Shown: positions 20,115 through 30,012 of the stretch, in pieces | Layout: each line of letters opens with the position of its first letter | Numbering within the stretch: the first letter of the stretch is position 1 | IMG/VR virus record: IMGVR_UViG_3300008227_000004 | Length of the DNA: 64,000 nucleotides | Origin: a virus | Reading direction: 5' to 3' (one strand) | Made by a program: the position numbers and the translations under genes | Notes under the pieces: generated by a model | What the model was told of the DNA's origin: nothing | The model's database searches: none | What the model saw: only the letters and a program-made list of their open reading frames with translations

Positions 20115-20574
20115 TTTGATCACATCGCTAGATGAGCTAGAGAAGACATATTTGTGGACGGCGATATGTTCCACAAATATGCTATCCGAATCGTTTATGC
20201 GAGAACATGCAGATGTTATTGATTGGACCACTGTTAGCAAATTTCAAACGCTATCTATTGATTTTATAATAGAATTCGAAGATAGCGTTAATTGGGAATT
20301 GGTTAGTCAGTACCAAACACTAACAGAAGATGTGATTGCTCAAAATTACCACCGCGTTACGTGGTGTTTCATATCACAATACCAAGTGATGTCGGACGAT
20401 TTCATACGCAAGTGGCATTTTAATATATGGTGGGAACGGTTGCCAATGGGTAAAAACAAACTATCCCACGACTTGATTCGAGAGTACGCTCACAAAATAC
20501 CGTGGACGTGTCTGGTATTCTACGGACACGTCCACGATAAGCACGAAGCAGCCAAACTTGGTTGCGATACATAA
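20023..20574 (+). CDS. hypothetical protein with internal repeats (start uncertain, possibly the ATG at 20179)
   Basis: 183 aa; repeated W..VSQYQTL..D(F/V)I motifs; 5-prime end overlaps previous ORF in another frame. Confidence 0.45.
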   Translation: MMVMVMISIHLSQNPTVPTVQPKLRDICVVDLITSLDELEKTYLWTAICSTNMLSESFMREHADVIDWTTVSKFQTLSIDFIIEFEDSVNWELVSQYQTLTEDVIAQNYHRVTWCFISQYQVMSDDFIRKWHFNIWWERLPMGKNKLSHDLIREYAHKIPWTCLVFYGHVHDKHEAAKLGCDT

Positions 20575-20597
20575 AGGCCTCACGGCCTTTTTTTTCG
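20573..20597 (+). terminator. rho-independent terminator
   Basis: AAAGGCC-TCAC-GGCCTTT hairpin followed by T8. Confidence 0.65.
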
Positions 20598-20610
20598 TCT
20601 ATTGGAATTG

Positions 20611-20639
20611 TTGACCCATATCAGTTTTTTTGGTATGAT
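20611..20639 (+). promoter_or_regulatory. sigma70-like early promoter (TTGACC, 17 nt, TATGAT)
   Basis: directly downstream of the terminator. Confidence 0.55.
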
Positions 20640-20672
20640 GGGGGTCTTTACTTTTACTAATCACGAATACAC

Positions 20673-20945
20673 ATGATCAAAACAATTTTACTAGACCACA
20701 CAAATCCAAGTCTCTCTCGCACGATCGAAAACCACCAACTTGGTATTCATTTATACCGCAAGCGTCTATCGGACATTACCATAGTAGTATACAATGGTAC
20801 GACTATCACTACGGTGAGTCCCGATCAAATCAAAGGCGGTCCAATAGAACTTCAACGGACCATTGATTTGCTAGTAAAACCCATGGGAGCAACCAAACCA
20901 ACAACTCCAAAGAAAAAGACTTACGATCCATTCAGTTTTCGTTAG
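20673..20945 (+). CDS. hypothetical protein
   Basis: 90-aa ORF downstream of the promoter. Confidence 0.45.
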   Translation: MIKTILLDHTNPSLSRTIENHQLGIHLYRKRLSDITIVVYNGTTITTVSPDQIKGGPIELQRTIDLLVKPMGATKPTTPKKKTYDPFSFR

Positions 20946-21354
20946 ACGCAGCCCTCCTACTCCTTAACCTTCCCATCAGAGGAACTGTGGCTCCTGACTG
21001 TATGTTTATAGTTAAAAGTCATCATATATTATTATGATGGCTGAATTTGCGTTTATCAGACCTCCGTATCGTGGATGAGTCGCATCGTCATAAGATGGTA
21101 TAGGTTAATGTCTGTTTATTCCTGAGCTGATTCAGCTAGCATCGGAGGACCGAGCACCCACATATCTGATTCCATCTACAATAAGCTATTGCTCCCAAAG
21201 ATGGTGTACGTGGTTAAGTCCCGCTTACAAATTGTCCAGATCTATTGTTTTGTTTTATGTCAGCCAACAATAGTTCTGCAATCCAAATGCTGACAAAAAT
21301 CCAACAGGTAGTATATACGGAACTTCGAATATGGCAAAGTGCCAAAATTACAGT

Positions 21355-21383
21355 TTGACATTTCTCACCCATTAGGGTAATAT
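21355..21383 (+). promoter_or_regulatory. sigma70-like early promoter (TTGACA, 17 nt, TAATAT)
   Basis: ATTAGGGTAATAT -10 context; 32 nt upstream of the 21416 start, which has an AGGAGG RBS. Confidence 0.55.
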
Positions 21384-21415
21384 ACGATTTTATGTTATTA
21401 AATTTAGGAGGATAG

Positions 21416-21835
21416 ATGTCCAACACAAAACCCAACGAAAATCAATCAATGCGAAACTTCATTCACGTCGTTAGTGTTGTGTTGTTGTTTGGTTTGTTTA
21501 TGATTGTTATGCTTGTACCTAGTAATGATATTGTGGCACAAAATACCAAATCAAACAACGATATGGGAATTCACTTACAACAATCAATCGAAAAAATAGA
21601 ACTTGCATTGGTTGATGCTAATGTAGATGTACAATCGCACGCTATAATGATACAAACATATGCGTACGTTCGATCTATATGGTCGAAGCAGTTAGCATAT
21701 CACTATGATGTTACAATTGATTTGAATCAATCCACACTCGCCCTGGTATTATCGAAATGCGTCGAAATGTCGGATAGTGATATCGAATTAACACATTCTT
21801 TTGGCATTCGAACGATTGAATGTCCAACCCTTTAA
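21416..21835 (+). CDS. membrane-anchored hypothetical protein
   Basis: 139 aa; strong RBS TAGGAGGA; N-terminal TM. Confidence 0.6.
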   Translation: MSNTKPNENQSMRNFIHVVSVVLLFGLFMIVMLVPSNDIVAQNTKSNNDMGIHLQQSIEKIELALVDANVDVQSHAIMIQTYAYVRSIWSKQLAYHYDVTIDLNQSTLALVLSKCVEMSDSDIELTHSFGIRTIECPTL

Positions 21836-21859
21836 AAATAAAATTAATTAGGATACAAA

Positions 21860-22336
21860 ATGCAACAATCAGTTTATGAAACATTCGTAGTGGAAATTAT
21901 CCACACAACTTTTTTCGCTCCAGTCGGTTTTTTGGCTTTGATGTTTTTATTTCAGATCATTCACTGGGTAGTTGCTTGGGTCGATGATAGTGATATAGTC
22001 AAAACAAATCTCGTGATGCAATGGACCATGATCCATATATTTGGATATCACATTAACACCAACAATGATTGTCATGGTCGTAGTGTGGGTTTATTCGGGA
22101 AGGACATTGATGGTGTATATCATGCTAGCGATGGAGCCTTGGCTATATTTGTAACTCCAATAGCATTAGCAATGCTACCAATGGTTGTTGCTACGATAGC
22201 GGAATATTGGGTGGTATTGGGCTTTGTTGCTATGGCGATTGCCTTTATGTTTGGGTTGCGAGGCTTGCGACGATTGTCAAAAGTGGTAAGCATTCACGTC
22301 AACGATAACAATGCACATGACAGGAGAAACAAATGA
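21860..22336 (+). CDS. multi-TM membrane protein (tandem paralog 1)
   Basis: 158 aa; 3-4 TM helices; C-terminal RRLSKV...H(D/N)R tail shared with the next ORF. Confidence 0.55.
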   Translation: MQQSVYETFVVEIIHTTFFAPVGFLALMFLFQIIHWVVAWVDDSDIVKTNLVMQWTMIHIFGYHINTNNDCHGRSVGLFGKDIDGVYHASDGALAIFVTPIALAMLPMVVATIAEYWVVLGFVAMAIAFMFGLRGLRRLSKVVSIHVNDNNAHDRRNK

Positions 22337-22743
22337 GTAATACATTGGTAGGTAATATGGCATTCCAAATGGAAATGGCTTTAGTTTGTTGGATCGGGGT
22401 GTTGTTACTCGTATATGGTTGTCAACTGGTATATAAATGGGTGCAAGATGATAAGTCCAAAACACCCAACATGATGATAGTATCAATGATGGGTGCAATA
22501 GGGTATAAACAATCACCATCCGACCCAATATTTCGATACATCAAAGATCCATCGGTAACACTGTGTGCTGACGTTGCACTATTTTGGTCATTCATAGGCG
22601 TGATGTTGATCCCCCCAGTTATTCACTTTTGGTGGGTTACGTTATTTGCAATGTGTTGTGCTGTATTGGTGTATGGTGCTCGGTTTGTAACCAGATTGAG
22701 CAAACAACTAACATCGTTACAGCACGATCGCGCAGATAATTAA
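22333..22743 (+). CDS. multi-TM membrane protein (tandem paralog 2)
   Basis: 136 aa; ATGA overlap; similar topology and C-terminal tail TRLSKQLTSLQHDRADN. Confidence 0.55.
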   Translation: MSNTLVGNMAFQMEMALVCWIGVLLLVYGCQLVYKWVQDDKSKTPNMMIVSMMGAIGYKQSPSDPIFRYIKDPSVTLCADVALFWSFIGVMLIPPVIHFWWVTLFAMCCAVLVYGARFVTRLSKQLTSLQHDRADN

Positions 22744-22892
22744 TCTTCTAATATAGCATCCAGTATCAATAGTTGTTGTTCATACGATAATTCTGTTGAT
22801 ACTGGTTCCGTAGCAACATCATCGTCAGACGTAGGGGTTGCTGATATTAACACAACCATCAGCACGATCAATACAAATACACAAGCTCTCAT
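22740..22892 (-). CDS. small secreted acidic peptide (50 aa) with signal peptide
   Basis: minus-strand ORF MRACVFVLIVLMVVLISATPTSDDD...; GGTGGAG RBS 8 nt upstream of its ATG; convergent with the 22333 gene; below the ORF-track length cutoff. Confidence 0.4.
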   Translation of the reverse strand: MRACVFVLIVLMVVLISATPTSDDDVATEPVSTELSYEQQLLILDAILED

Positions 22893-22982
22893 TTTTTATC
22901 TCCACCAAATATACATTATTATTTAGTTTACTTCCCTGTATGTTTGTGTTATAATTTTCTTTTTTAATACGTTTTTAGGAGT

Positions 22983-23267
22983 ATGGATATGGGTACGAAT
23001 ACACGTGTTGTTGGGTATTGCCAGGCAGATGAAACTTGGGTCAATATGGCAACCATTTGGAGGTCGTGTGAGAAAGCAAACGTAACAATTCCTGATGAGG
23101 TACAAGACTTCTTTGAAGGTGATGACCCAGGTGATGAACCGGGTATGGAGATTAGCATACAAGACGCGGTAACACCGTATAGTGCTGATATGAAAGAAGG
23201 ATACGAAATAGATGTATCTAAACTTCCCAGCAATATTAAAGTTGTTCGAATTTATAACTCTTATTGA
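22983..23267 (+). CDS. hypothetical acidic protein
   Basis: 94 aa; RBS TAGGAG upstream. Confidence 0.5.
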   Translation: MDMGTNTRVVGYCQADETWVNMATIWRSCEKANVTIPDEVQDFFEGDDPGDEPGMEISIQDAVTPYSADMKEGYEIDVSKLPSNIKVVRIYNSY

Positions 23268-23450
23268 TAGGATGTAATTATGTGCATGGTTCCGTATGTA
23301 GTGTTTGCTGTATTGTTGATTGCTTGTTTGTTTGGTGATCCGATCGGTAGAGATGATGTTTAATTACTTGGGTATGGAGATATATTGGGTGGTGAATTTA
23401 CTAGGATGGCCAGCATGTATGGTCGTTGCCTGTGTTAACAAGGGAAACAA

Positions 23451-23978
23451 ATGACAGACTTAAAGACAATATTAAAAGAAATGATTTTTGGGGTAGATTA
23501 CGGAAAATGTAAACTAGCCTACGAATTGTATTTGAATCAGCTGGGTTTACAGCTAATGAAAATAACTCCCATACTGGGCGACTACAACCTAACGAAAGAG
23601 GATGTAACCGATATGTTTGCTAAGCATAACATATTTGGATACCTACCATTTATTCATTTTTCGGTATTATGCCAACAGGGAGTAATATCCAAACGAGAAT
23701 TGGTAGCCATTTTATATCACATGTGCGATTCATCAAACCAACCACCATCTTTGGTACGTCAGATATTCTCATTCATGGATTCGTCGTTGACCACTGATAT
23801 GATATCGGAAGCACATGAACTGGAATTGGAAGAGTATCAACAATTCTTCGAAGAGTATGGCATCTTACCAATATTAATATCCGAGTATCATGATGTGTGT
23901 GAGAATGGTAGTAATATATACGCATCAGTAATTGATCTTATTACGGTAATCGAAGGACAGGCGGTTCCCAATGAGTAA
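23451..23978 (+). CDS. hypothetical protein
   Basis: 175 aa. Confidence 0.5.
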   Translation: MTDLKTILKEMIFGVDYGKCKLAYELYLNQLGLQLMKITPILGDYNLTKEDVTDMFAKHNIFGYLPFIHFSVLCQQGVISKRELVAILYHMCDSSNQPPSLVRQIFSFMDSSLTTDMISEAHELELEEYQQFFEEYGILPILISEYHDVCENGSNIYASVIDLITVIEGQAVPNE

Positions 23979-24291
23979 TTTATACGCGATGACTAATGGT
24001 GGTACGATAGCTCACAGAGTTGGCGAGAATGAATGGTACATCAACAATGGAGCGTGGGGATATAACATACTTACCGATGATAGTGTTGTTATAGCTGGAA
24101 CAAAACCATCACCAACAAACACAATAATGGGTAGCGTATATGTGTTTGAAGCTGATGATGATACAATGCATAACTTTAATCCATTCACGGATGTTGAATC
24201 ATTGAAGGCTAAATGTCCGCAATTGGATTGGAAAAATCTTCCAACATTTGAAGTGGTTACAGATGAAGAAGATGATGACATACGCTTCTAA
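23971..24291 (+). CDS. hypothetical protein
   Basis: 106 aa; overlapping start. Confidence 0.45.
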   Translation: MSNLYAMTNGGTIAHRVGENEWYINNGAWGYNILTDDSVVIAGTKPSPTNTIMGSVYVFEADDDTMHNFNPFTDVESLKAKCPQLDWKNLPTFEVVTDEEDDDIRF

Positions 24292-24486
24292 CATAAATAT
24301 TATTTAAAGAGGAGATCATCATGACGTATCAAAGAATATTAATACTGGTTATCATTTATTTGTTTGGAGTTGCTACACCATACGCATATCGTGGGTATAC
24401 AATCGACCCCTATCAAAACTCCAAACTGGATGGTGCAGGTAGCATAAATACCTCTCAATAGTAAGGTAAACCAGGAGAGCTTTGTC

Positions 24487-24750
24487 ATGGAAGCTAAGAA
24501 AATATTCATATTCATTTTTACAGCATTACTTCTGTTGTGTTGGGGTGATGTATTGTTAACAAACTACATGATACATGTACCAGTAACACCAGATTATACT
24601 GCCGCACACAACGTAGCTAAGGGGTTGTGGGGTTTTTGTTTATCATCATGGACATTCTTGTTGTATTACAACTGGAGGTACCATCGATCGTGTTGTGCAG
24701 CTTGCTTGGTTGACGAAGCCCACTCATGCGCATACGATCATGACGATTAA
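24487..24750 (+). CDS. small membrane protein
   Basis: 87 aa; RBS GGAGAG; N-terminal TM. Confidence 0.45.
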   Translation: MEAKKIFIFIFTALLLLCWGDVLLTNYMIHVPVTPDYTAAHNVAKGLWGFCLSSWTFLLYYNWRYHRSCCAACLVDEAHSCAYDHDD

Positions 24751-25033
24751 ACGTCCGTCAGCGGCTTTAATAAAATTGGCTAGCATCAAACTAGCCACAT
24801 TTGCTTGTCTTGTTATCTGGGGGTTAATACTGTGGAACGATTTACCTGACGCATTGTCGTATATTAGTATTTTGTACGGTATGGCTGTTCAATTGTGGCT
24901 TGGGTGTGTTGTTGGTATAATCTTTGGTCTATCAAAACGCACACACACAATATGCTCTCACACTGAATGTGTATTACACCCTGTATACAGGTCACGGAAA
25001 CAAAATGAAGAAACAGATAAAAACCCTCAATGA
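24695..25033 (+). CDS. membrane protein
   Basis: 112 aa; two TM segments. Confidence 0.45.
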   Translation: MQLAWLTKPTHAHTIMTIKRPSAALIKLASIKLATFACLVIWGLILWNDLPDALSYISILYGMAVQLWLGCVVGIIFGLSKRTHTICSHTECVLHPVYRSRKQNEETDKNPQ

Positions 25034-25190
25034 CATCGCTCGGTTGCGATATGACGTAGTACGACTGTATGATTTACCGGAATTCAATGGTAGCTTAAAA
25101 GCATATGTGACAACACAATTAGACAGTATGATTGCTGGACAAACCAGTCCGACAGACTTTATCGAGATGTATCAACGTATTAATAGTTGA
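25005..25190 (+). CDS. hypothetical protein (start moved to internal ATG to limit overlap)
   Basis: in frame with track ORF 24924-25190. Confidence 0.35.
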   Translation: MKKQIKTLNDIARLRYDVVRLYDLPEFNGSLKAYVTTQLDSMIAGQTSPTDFIEMYQRINS

Positions 25191-25222
25191 TAATTGGATC
25201 GCAATAGGGTATCATTTACGCA

Positions 25223-25750
25223 TTGATAACTAACTGGATAAAGCACATGACTTATATACCAACCACATTGCCCGATAATATTTCTGCACAAATTGACATT
25301 CCAGATGATTTTGTAACGGATATGTTGGAACTGATCAAAGATACGGTGATAATCGAGACAGGCGATCACTTTTCCTTGTCACCGCTGTTGAGTGGTGGTA
25401 TGTGTGATGACTCAAAAACCAAAGACAAAGATACCATCATTATTAGTCACGAATTCTTGGCCAATTTGTTAATTAAAAAATATCCAATCGAGTTGATGAT
25501 TTACTATCAACAAAATAAGGATAATTCACTTAATGTTGACCTAATTTATGTGCTGGTAAAACTTCTCCATGATGATCCCGCCTTCCTGGCAGCACGTAAC
25601 AAAGAGTTACTCCCAACATCTGATTTGTTGGAAGATATGATTACATTTGATGAGCAGATACTCAAGATCCCACCAAATATGTACAATGACATCGCAAGTT
25701 ACAAAACTACCATGGATATAATTGCCTCTCTTTCGCAGAATGACCGTTAG
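25223..25750 (+). CDS. hypothetical protein
   Basis: 175 aa. Confidence 0.5.
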   Translation: MITNWIKHMTYIPTTLPDNISAQIDIPDDFVTDMLELIKDTVIIETGDHFSLSPLLSGGMCDDSKTKDKDTIIISHEFLANLLIKKYPIELMIYYQQNKDNSLNVDLIYVLVKLLHDDPAFLAARNKELLPTSDLLEDMITFDEQILKIPPNMYNDIASYKTTMDIIASLSQNDR

Positions 25751-25757
25751 TAAGCGT

Positions 25758-25786
25758 TTGATTCTTGGTGTATAAGACAATATAAT
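25758..25786 (+). promoter_or_regulatory. sigma70-like early promoter (TTGATT, 17 nt, TATAAT)
   Basis: consensus -10, 30 nt upstream of the endolysin start. Confidence 0.55.
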
Positions 25787-25816
25787 TAAACAACGATATT
25801 ACATCGAGGTGAATAC

Positions 25817-26620
25817 ATGAATATAGAAACAATACAAACAGTACAAACTGGTATGAATAAGCATTGCGCTCAGAACTTGATCGTTGATGGTGATGCTGGT
25901 GCAAAAACAATGGCAGCATTGGATCACGTTCCACAAATCCCATTACCTTGGAAGGATCAACGCAAAATCGTGTGTTTCATCCAGTTGTATGCTTTTATTG
26001 AAGGATTCAATGGAGGACCAATAGATGGATACATGGGACCACAAACATTATACGCATTGGATCAACTAAAGTATTTAATCAAACATGATAAACCAGAACA
26101 AATTTGGCGTGATGGTGATGTTAATGTTCCAGCACCTGGTATTATATCGGATATTCCTTTACAAAATTACAAAGACCTAGTAAAATATTACGGAGAAGTG
26201 GGTACAAATCAAGTAAAAGTTGATTTGCCACATGCTGTACGTCTGGCTTGGGATACTGACACAAAAATCAACAGATTTACTTGTCACGAAAAGGTTGCTG
26301 ATAGTATCGTTCGTGTGTTAGATCGAGTTCTGGATCATTACGGATCCGAACAATACATCGATTTGGGTATGGATCTTTGGGCTGGATGTTTGAATGTTCG
26401 TAAGATGCGTGGTGGTAACAACTACTCCATGCACTCTTGGGGTATTGCTATCGATTGGGATAGTGCCAGAAATCAGTTAAAGTGGGGAAGTCAACGTGCC
26501 AATTTTGCAAATCCAATGTACGACGAGTGGTGGAAAATCTGGGAAGATGAACAATGGACATCTCTTGGACGTGCCACGAATCGTGACTACATGCATGTAC
26601 AACGAGCTAGATTAAAATGA
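25817..26620 (+). CDS. endolysin: two peptidoglycan-binding repeats plus M15-type zinc peptidase
   Basis: 267 aa; N-terminal LIVDGDAGAKTMAAL and GPQTLYALDQL PG_binding_1-like repeats; C-terminal SMHSWGIAIDWD...DYMHVQ matches VanY/M15 SxHxxGxAxD...D..H. Confidence 0.65.
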   Translation: MNIETIQTVQTGMNKHCAQNLIVDGDAGAKTMAALDHVPQIPLPWKDQRKIVCFIQLYAFIEGFNGGPIDGYMGPQTLYALDQLKYLIKHDKPEQIWRDGDVNVPAPGIISDIPLQNYKDLVKYYGEVGTNQVKVDLPHAVRLAWDTDTKINRFTCHEKVADSIVRVLDRVLDHYGSEQYIDLGMDLWAGCLNVRKMRGGNNYSMHSWGIAIDWDSARNQLKWGSQRANFANPMYDEWWKIWEDEQWTSLGRATNRDYMHVQRARLK

Positions 26621-26973
26621 CACAATCAGTCACGCAATACCAAGGTAAACCCTGTCGAAACGGACACAGCGGGATACGATACATAAAATGCAATCGGTGT
26701 GTTGCTTGCATGTCGAAACGATATCAACAACAAAAAAGAGCAACACCTAATTGGATGACACCACTCGAGCGGGTGTGGATCCGTGATACGTATGCGTTAG
26801 CCAAAACGATATCAACAGCCACTTTAATGATACACTCCGTGGATCATTACTATCCCATTAACGGAAAACTCGTGAGTGGATTGCATACCATATCAAACTT
26901 ACGAATAATTCCACATACGGAAAATATGAAAAAGAAAAACAAACACCCAGATGCGTTTTATGCGACTGGGTAA
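26617..26973 (+). CDS. HNH homing endonuclease
   Basis: 118 aa; N-terminal CRNGH...C..C zinc motif; C-terminal HSVDHYYPINGKLVSGLHTISNLRIIPHTEN HNH core. Confidence 0.6.
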   Translation: MTQSVTQYQGKPCRNGHSGIRYIKCNRCVACMSKRYQQQKRATPNWMTPLERVWIRDTYALAKTISTATLMIHSVDHYYPINGKLVSGLHTISNLRIIPHTENMKKKNKHPDAFYATG

Positions 26974-26984
26974 CAATTTTAACA

Positions 26985-27782
26985 TTGGTAACATTGGTGA
27001 AAATACGAATAATGAGTGACCTCCATCTTGAATTTGGAGAATTGGATGTGGCGGTTGGTGAAGATGAACAGAACACCACGTTGGTGTTGGCGGGTGATAT
27101 TGGGATAGCGCACCAACCGGATGTGTATGTTGGATTTTTTACCAAAATGAGCAACAGATTTAAACACATAATATATATAATGGGAAACCATGAGCACTAC
27201 CGTGGTAAATTTCCATTAACGTTGAGCATATTGCAAGACAAATTAAAATCATTGAGCAATGTTAGTGTGGTAGATAAAGATACTGTTATCGTTGATGGTG
27301 TTGCATTCGTGTGTGCCACGTTGTGGACTGATTTCGATGGTGGAAATCCGATGTCAATGTGGTATGCAAAAACTGGTATGAATGATTTCAAACTGATACG
27401 AACAGGCCCGAAAAGTGAGCCGTGGCGTAGGAAATTTGGTCCAGAAGATGCATTTGTTGACTTTACTCATGCAAAAGACTTTATATTCAAAGAAATTCCA
27501 AAACAAAAAGAAATGGGCAACAGCGTTATGGTTGTTACTCATCACGCTCCATCACATGAATCGTCGGCGCCTGAGTGGCGAAATGCTGACACAGCTGGTG
27601 CATATGCTTCAGTATTGGTGGATGAAATACTCGCCGCTGAACCAGATGTGTGGGTTCACGGACACATGCACTCAACTAGTGACTACATGATTGGTAATAC
27701 TAGAATACTAGCAAACCCATTCGGATACATGAAACATGATGTTAATGGAGAATTTAACGACCTGTTGACTGTCGAGTTATAA
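26985..27782 (+). CDS. calcineurin-like metallophosphoesterase
   Basis: 265 aa; SDLHLE, GDIG, GNHE, HHAP and GHMH metallophosphatase motifs. Confidence 0.7.
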   Translation: MVTLVKIRIMSDLHLEFGELDVAVGEDEQNTTLVLAGDIGIAHQPDVYVGFFTKMSNRFKHIIYIMGNHEHYRGKFPLTLSILQDKLKSLSNVSVVDKDTVIVDGVAFVCATLWTDFDGGNPMSMWYAKTGMNDFKLIRTGPKSEPWRRKFGPEDAFVDFTHAKDFIFKEIPKQKEMGNSVMVVTHHAPSHESSAPEWRNADTAGAYASVLVDEILAAEPDVWVHGHMHSTSDYMIGNTRILANPFGYMKHDVNGEFNDLLTVEL

Positions 27783-28134
27783 ATACCAGGATGAAAGTGC
27801 ACGAGGTAGTTCCTGAACCAACTAAAGCAGAAGTTCTCAAACGAATGAGAGCCATGATAAAACGTAAAGCTAAAAACCCAGCAGATCCCGAGTTGAGTGC
27901 TGGATGGAATCAAAGTCCGCATCAAGGTAGTACACCTGGTGCATTTTTGAATAGGTGACATATGAAAGTTGAAGAATTGGTATCATCAAAAGAATACAAA
28001 ACCACGAAAATTAATATTCACACAAGAAAGCGAAAAAGAAAAAGAAACATAAAGGGGGATACCGATCCCCATTTTTCTAACATAGACACCCACTACGGAA
28101 TGACTGGAGCTGGACGGGGAGCTGTTATACAGTC

Positions 28135-29210
28135 CTAAAAGTGGTATACTACTGACACTGCTCCGTAATGCCACAAATCGGCAAATTCTGGGTTGGATGC
28201 TGTTTTGTAATCAATCCAGATACTTCCCTTAGCCACGTGATATTCTGTTTTAACTTCCCATTGGTCGCGGTGTATCGTAATTCCAACACTAGCATCGTTT
28301 GACATGATTGTGTGTGGTGTACGCATTGCAGCTATAGCATCATCCTTAAAGATGGCTTCGTATCTGTTATAATTTGCGTGGACAGATATCAAATCCGACA
28401 CATCATACTGAGCAGTAGCAGAAATACCGTATGATGTATTCAAGTACTTCATCACCGCCATCCCTTCTAGTGATAATGTTACATCACCAAAACGTTTTTC
28501 ACCACCCAGTGATACAATATAATTTTTACCTGCTGCTCCATGCCCCCAATCTTGTAGCGTTATCGCCGTAACAACCCTCCAGTCGTCTCTGATGTAATCA
28601 ATGTTAATCAATTGATGACCACCAAATTTTGTTTCTACTTCTATCGGACGTCCAGAAAACCAAATAACAGACTCTTCTTTCTTATCAACCACGATTGGTG
28701 TGGTGATTGTGTATTTAAACGACCAATTTTCATATGATGTTCCAACTGCTACACCCCAACCGCTTGTCAACGCATATCGCAATTGATCCCAGTACATTGC
28801 TTGTGGAGCAACATTTCCTGGTCGTGTTCGTGGGTTTAAACGGTCTTTGTTGTATAATCCGTAGTGATGTCGTAACTTACCAGCTGTTAGCTCTATTGGA
28901 ACGACATCAGCTATCACGCTGTCGTACTCTACAAATGCATATGCAACTGATTGCTCCATGTGCTCAGTATCCAATCTGAATTGGGTAAAAGCCATCCACT
29001 CAGATGATATGTCGTAATTGATCAACAGTCCAACTTCCGGACTGCTTTCAACCGGTTCCGGTTCGGGTGATCCGTATACAAATTGATATCCAACATATCC
29101 GGATACATCAAAGTGTTTGTCTATGTAACTTCTAGTGTCGTGATCGTGTGCATGTGTAGCAAACGGAACAAAACTAATCAGCAGTAATAATAGTAATTTC
29201 CGAATCATCA
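28135..29210 (-). CDS. predicted outer-membrane beta-barrel protein with signal peptide (start at internal ATGATG; track ORF extends to 29241)
   Basis: signal peptide MMIRKLLLLLLISFVPFATHA; alternating amphipathic beta-strand pattern; C-terminal aromatic terminus ...VSVVYHF typical of OMP barrels. Confidence 0.5.
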
Positions 29211-29602
29211 TTCCATACCATGTAGTCGCCCACATACCCAATTGAATTTGGTGTGGATTTAATTATAATCATCATTTGCTCATCGGAAATGATAGTTTTT
29301 ACGCTTGATGAAATACCAGAGAACGTATTTTGTTGTAATAACTTTTTGTATCGGTAGTTTGATAGGTTTAACCACTGCAAAACAAAAAGTTTGTGCTCGA
29401 TTGAGTTTATTGGACGGATAAACACCGTTATCTTTGCACCTGTTGATACCCATTTTGTTGTTTTTCGGGTAAATATGTTTGTCAATTTAAACGTCTGCGT
29501 TGCTGTTAGTTTTTCAGCAGGCGGAGCAGTGTGTATTACCGTTTCGGCATGCGCGTGTCGAAGCGATGCTACCAGTAGTAGCATTATTAGTATACGAGTC
29601 AC
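29174..29602 (-). CDS. secreted/periplasmic hypothetical protein (GTG start)
   Basis: 142 aa; signal peptide MTRILIMLLLVASLRHAHA; AAGAGA RBS-like sequence upstream. Confidence 0.45.
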   Translation of the reverse strand: MTRILIMLLLVASLRHAHAETVIHTAPPAEKLTATQTFKLTNIFTRKTTKWVSTGAKITVFIRPINSIEHKLFVLQWLNLSNYRYKKLLQQNTFSGISSSVKTIISDEQMMIIIKSTPNSIGYVGDYMVWNDDSEITIITAD

Positions 29603-29607
29603 GTTGT

Positions 29608-29907
29608 TTATCTCTTGTTGGTTGAGTATATGTGTGTAACGGTACGCTCCATATCCGATAACTGCTCTTGTAGCTCAGCATCGGTAGTTTTTATATGTGC
29701 GATCGATTGTTTTATTGTTGTTAGATCTTTTTGCAACTCTTCGATCTTTACCGAGTTGAATTTCTCACTATATTCTTGCTGTATTTGTACTTGAGTTAGC
29801 TCTCCGTTTAGATTCACCCATGCGGTAATAACGCTACCTATCATAGCTAACGCAGGCAAGATATCCCATACAGTTTTTTGATTGCGTCTATCGTGATTAT
29901 CAGCCAT
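29608..29907 (-). CDS. membrane-anchored coiled-coil protein (i-spanin-like topology)
   Basis: 99 aa; strong RBS GAGGAAGGA 7 nt upstream; N-terminal TM then coiled coil. Confidence 0.55.
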   Translation of the reverse strand: MADNHDRRNQKTVWDILPALAMIGSVITAWVNLNGELTQVQIQQEYSEKFNSVKIEELQKDLTTIKQSIAHIKTTDAELQEQLSDMERTVTHIYSTNKR

Positions 29908-30012
29908 GAATTTCCTTCCTCATTCCGTGTAAATGATAACATCATTGTTATCGTGCTTGTCCTGGTATTTATGGTGGTGAATCCTAAATACGTTTTTATC
30001 AGGAGTATAGCA

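Noticed and set aside
21214-21435. 73-aa minus-strand ORF
   Set aside because: It overlaps the promoter and RBS of gene 21416 on the other strand and has no RBS of its own.
27778-27785. Second TATAAATA late-promoter match
   Set aside because: It overlaps the stop of the phosphoesterase gene and lies only 5 nt before the next ATG. That leaves no room for a transcribed RBS, so it is probably a chance match.
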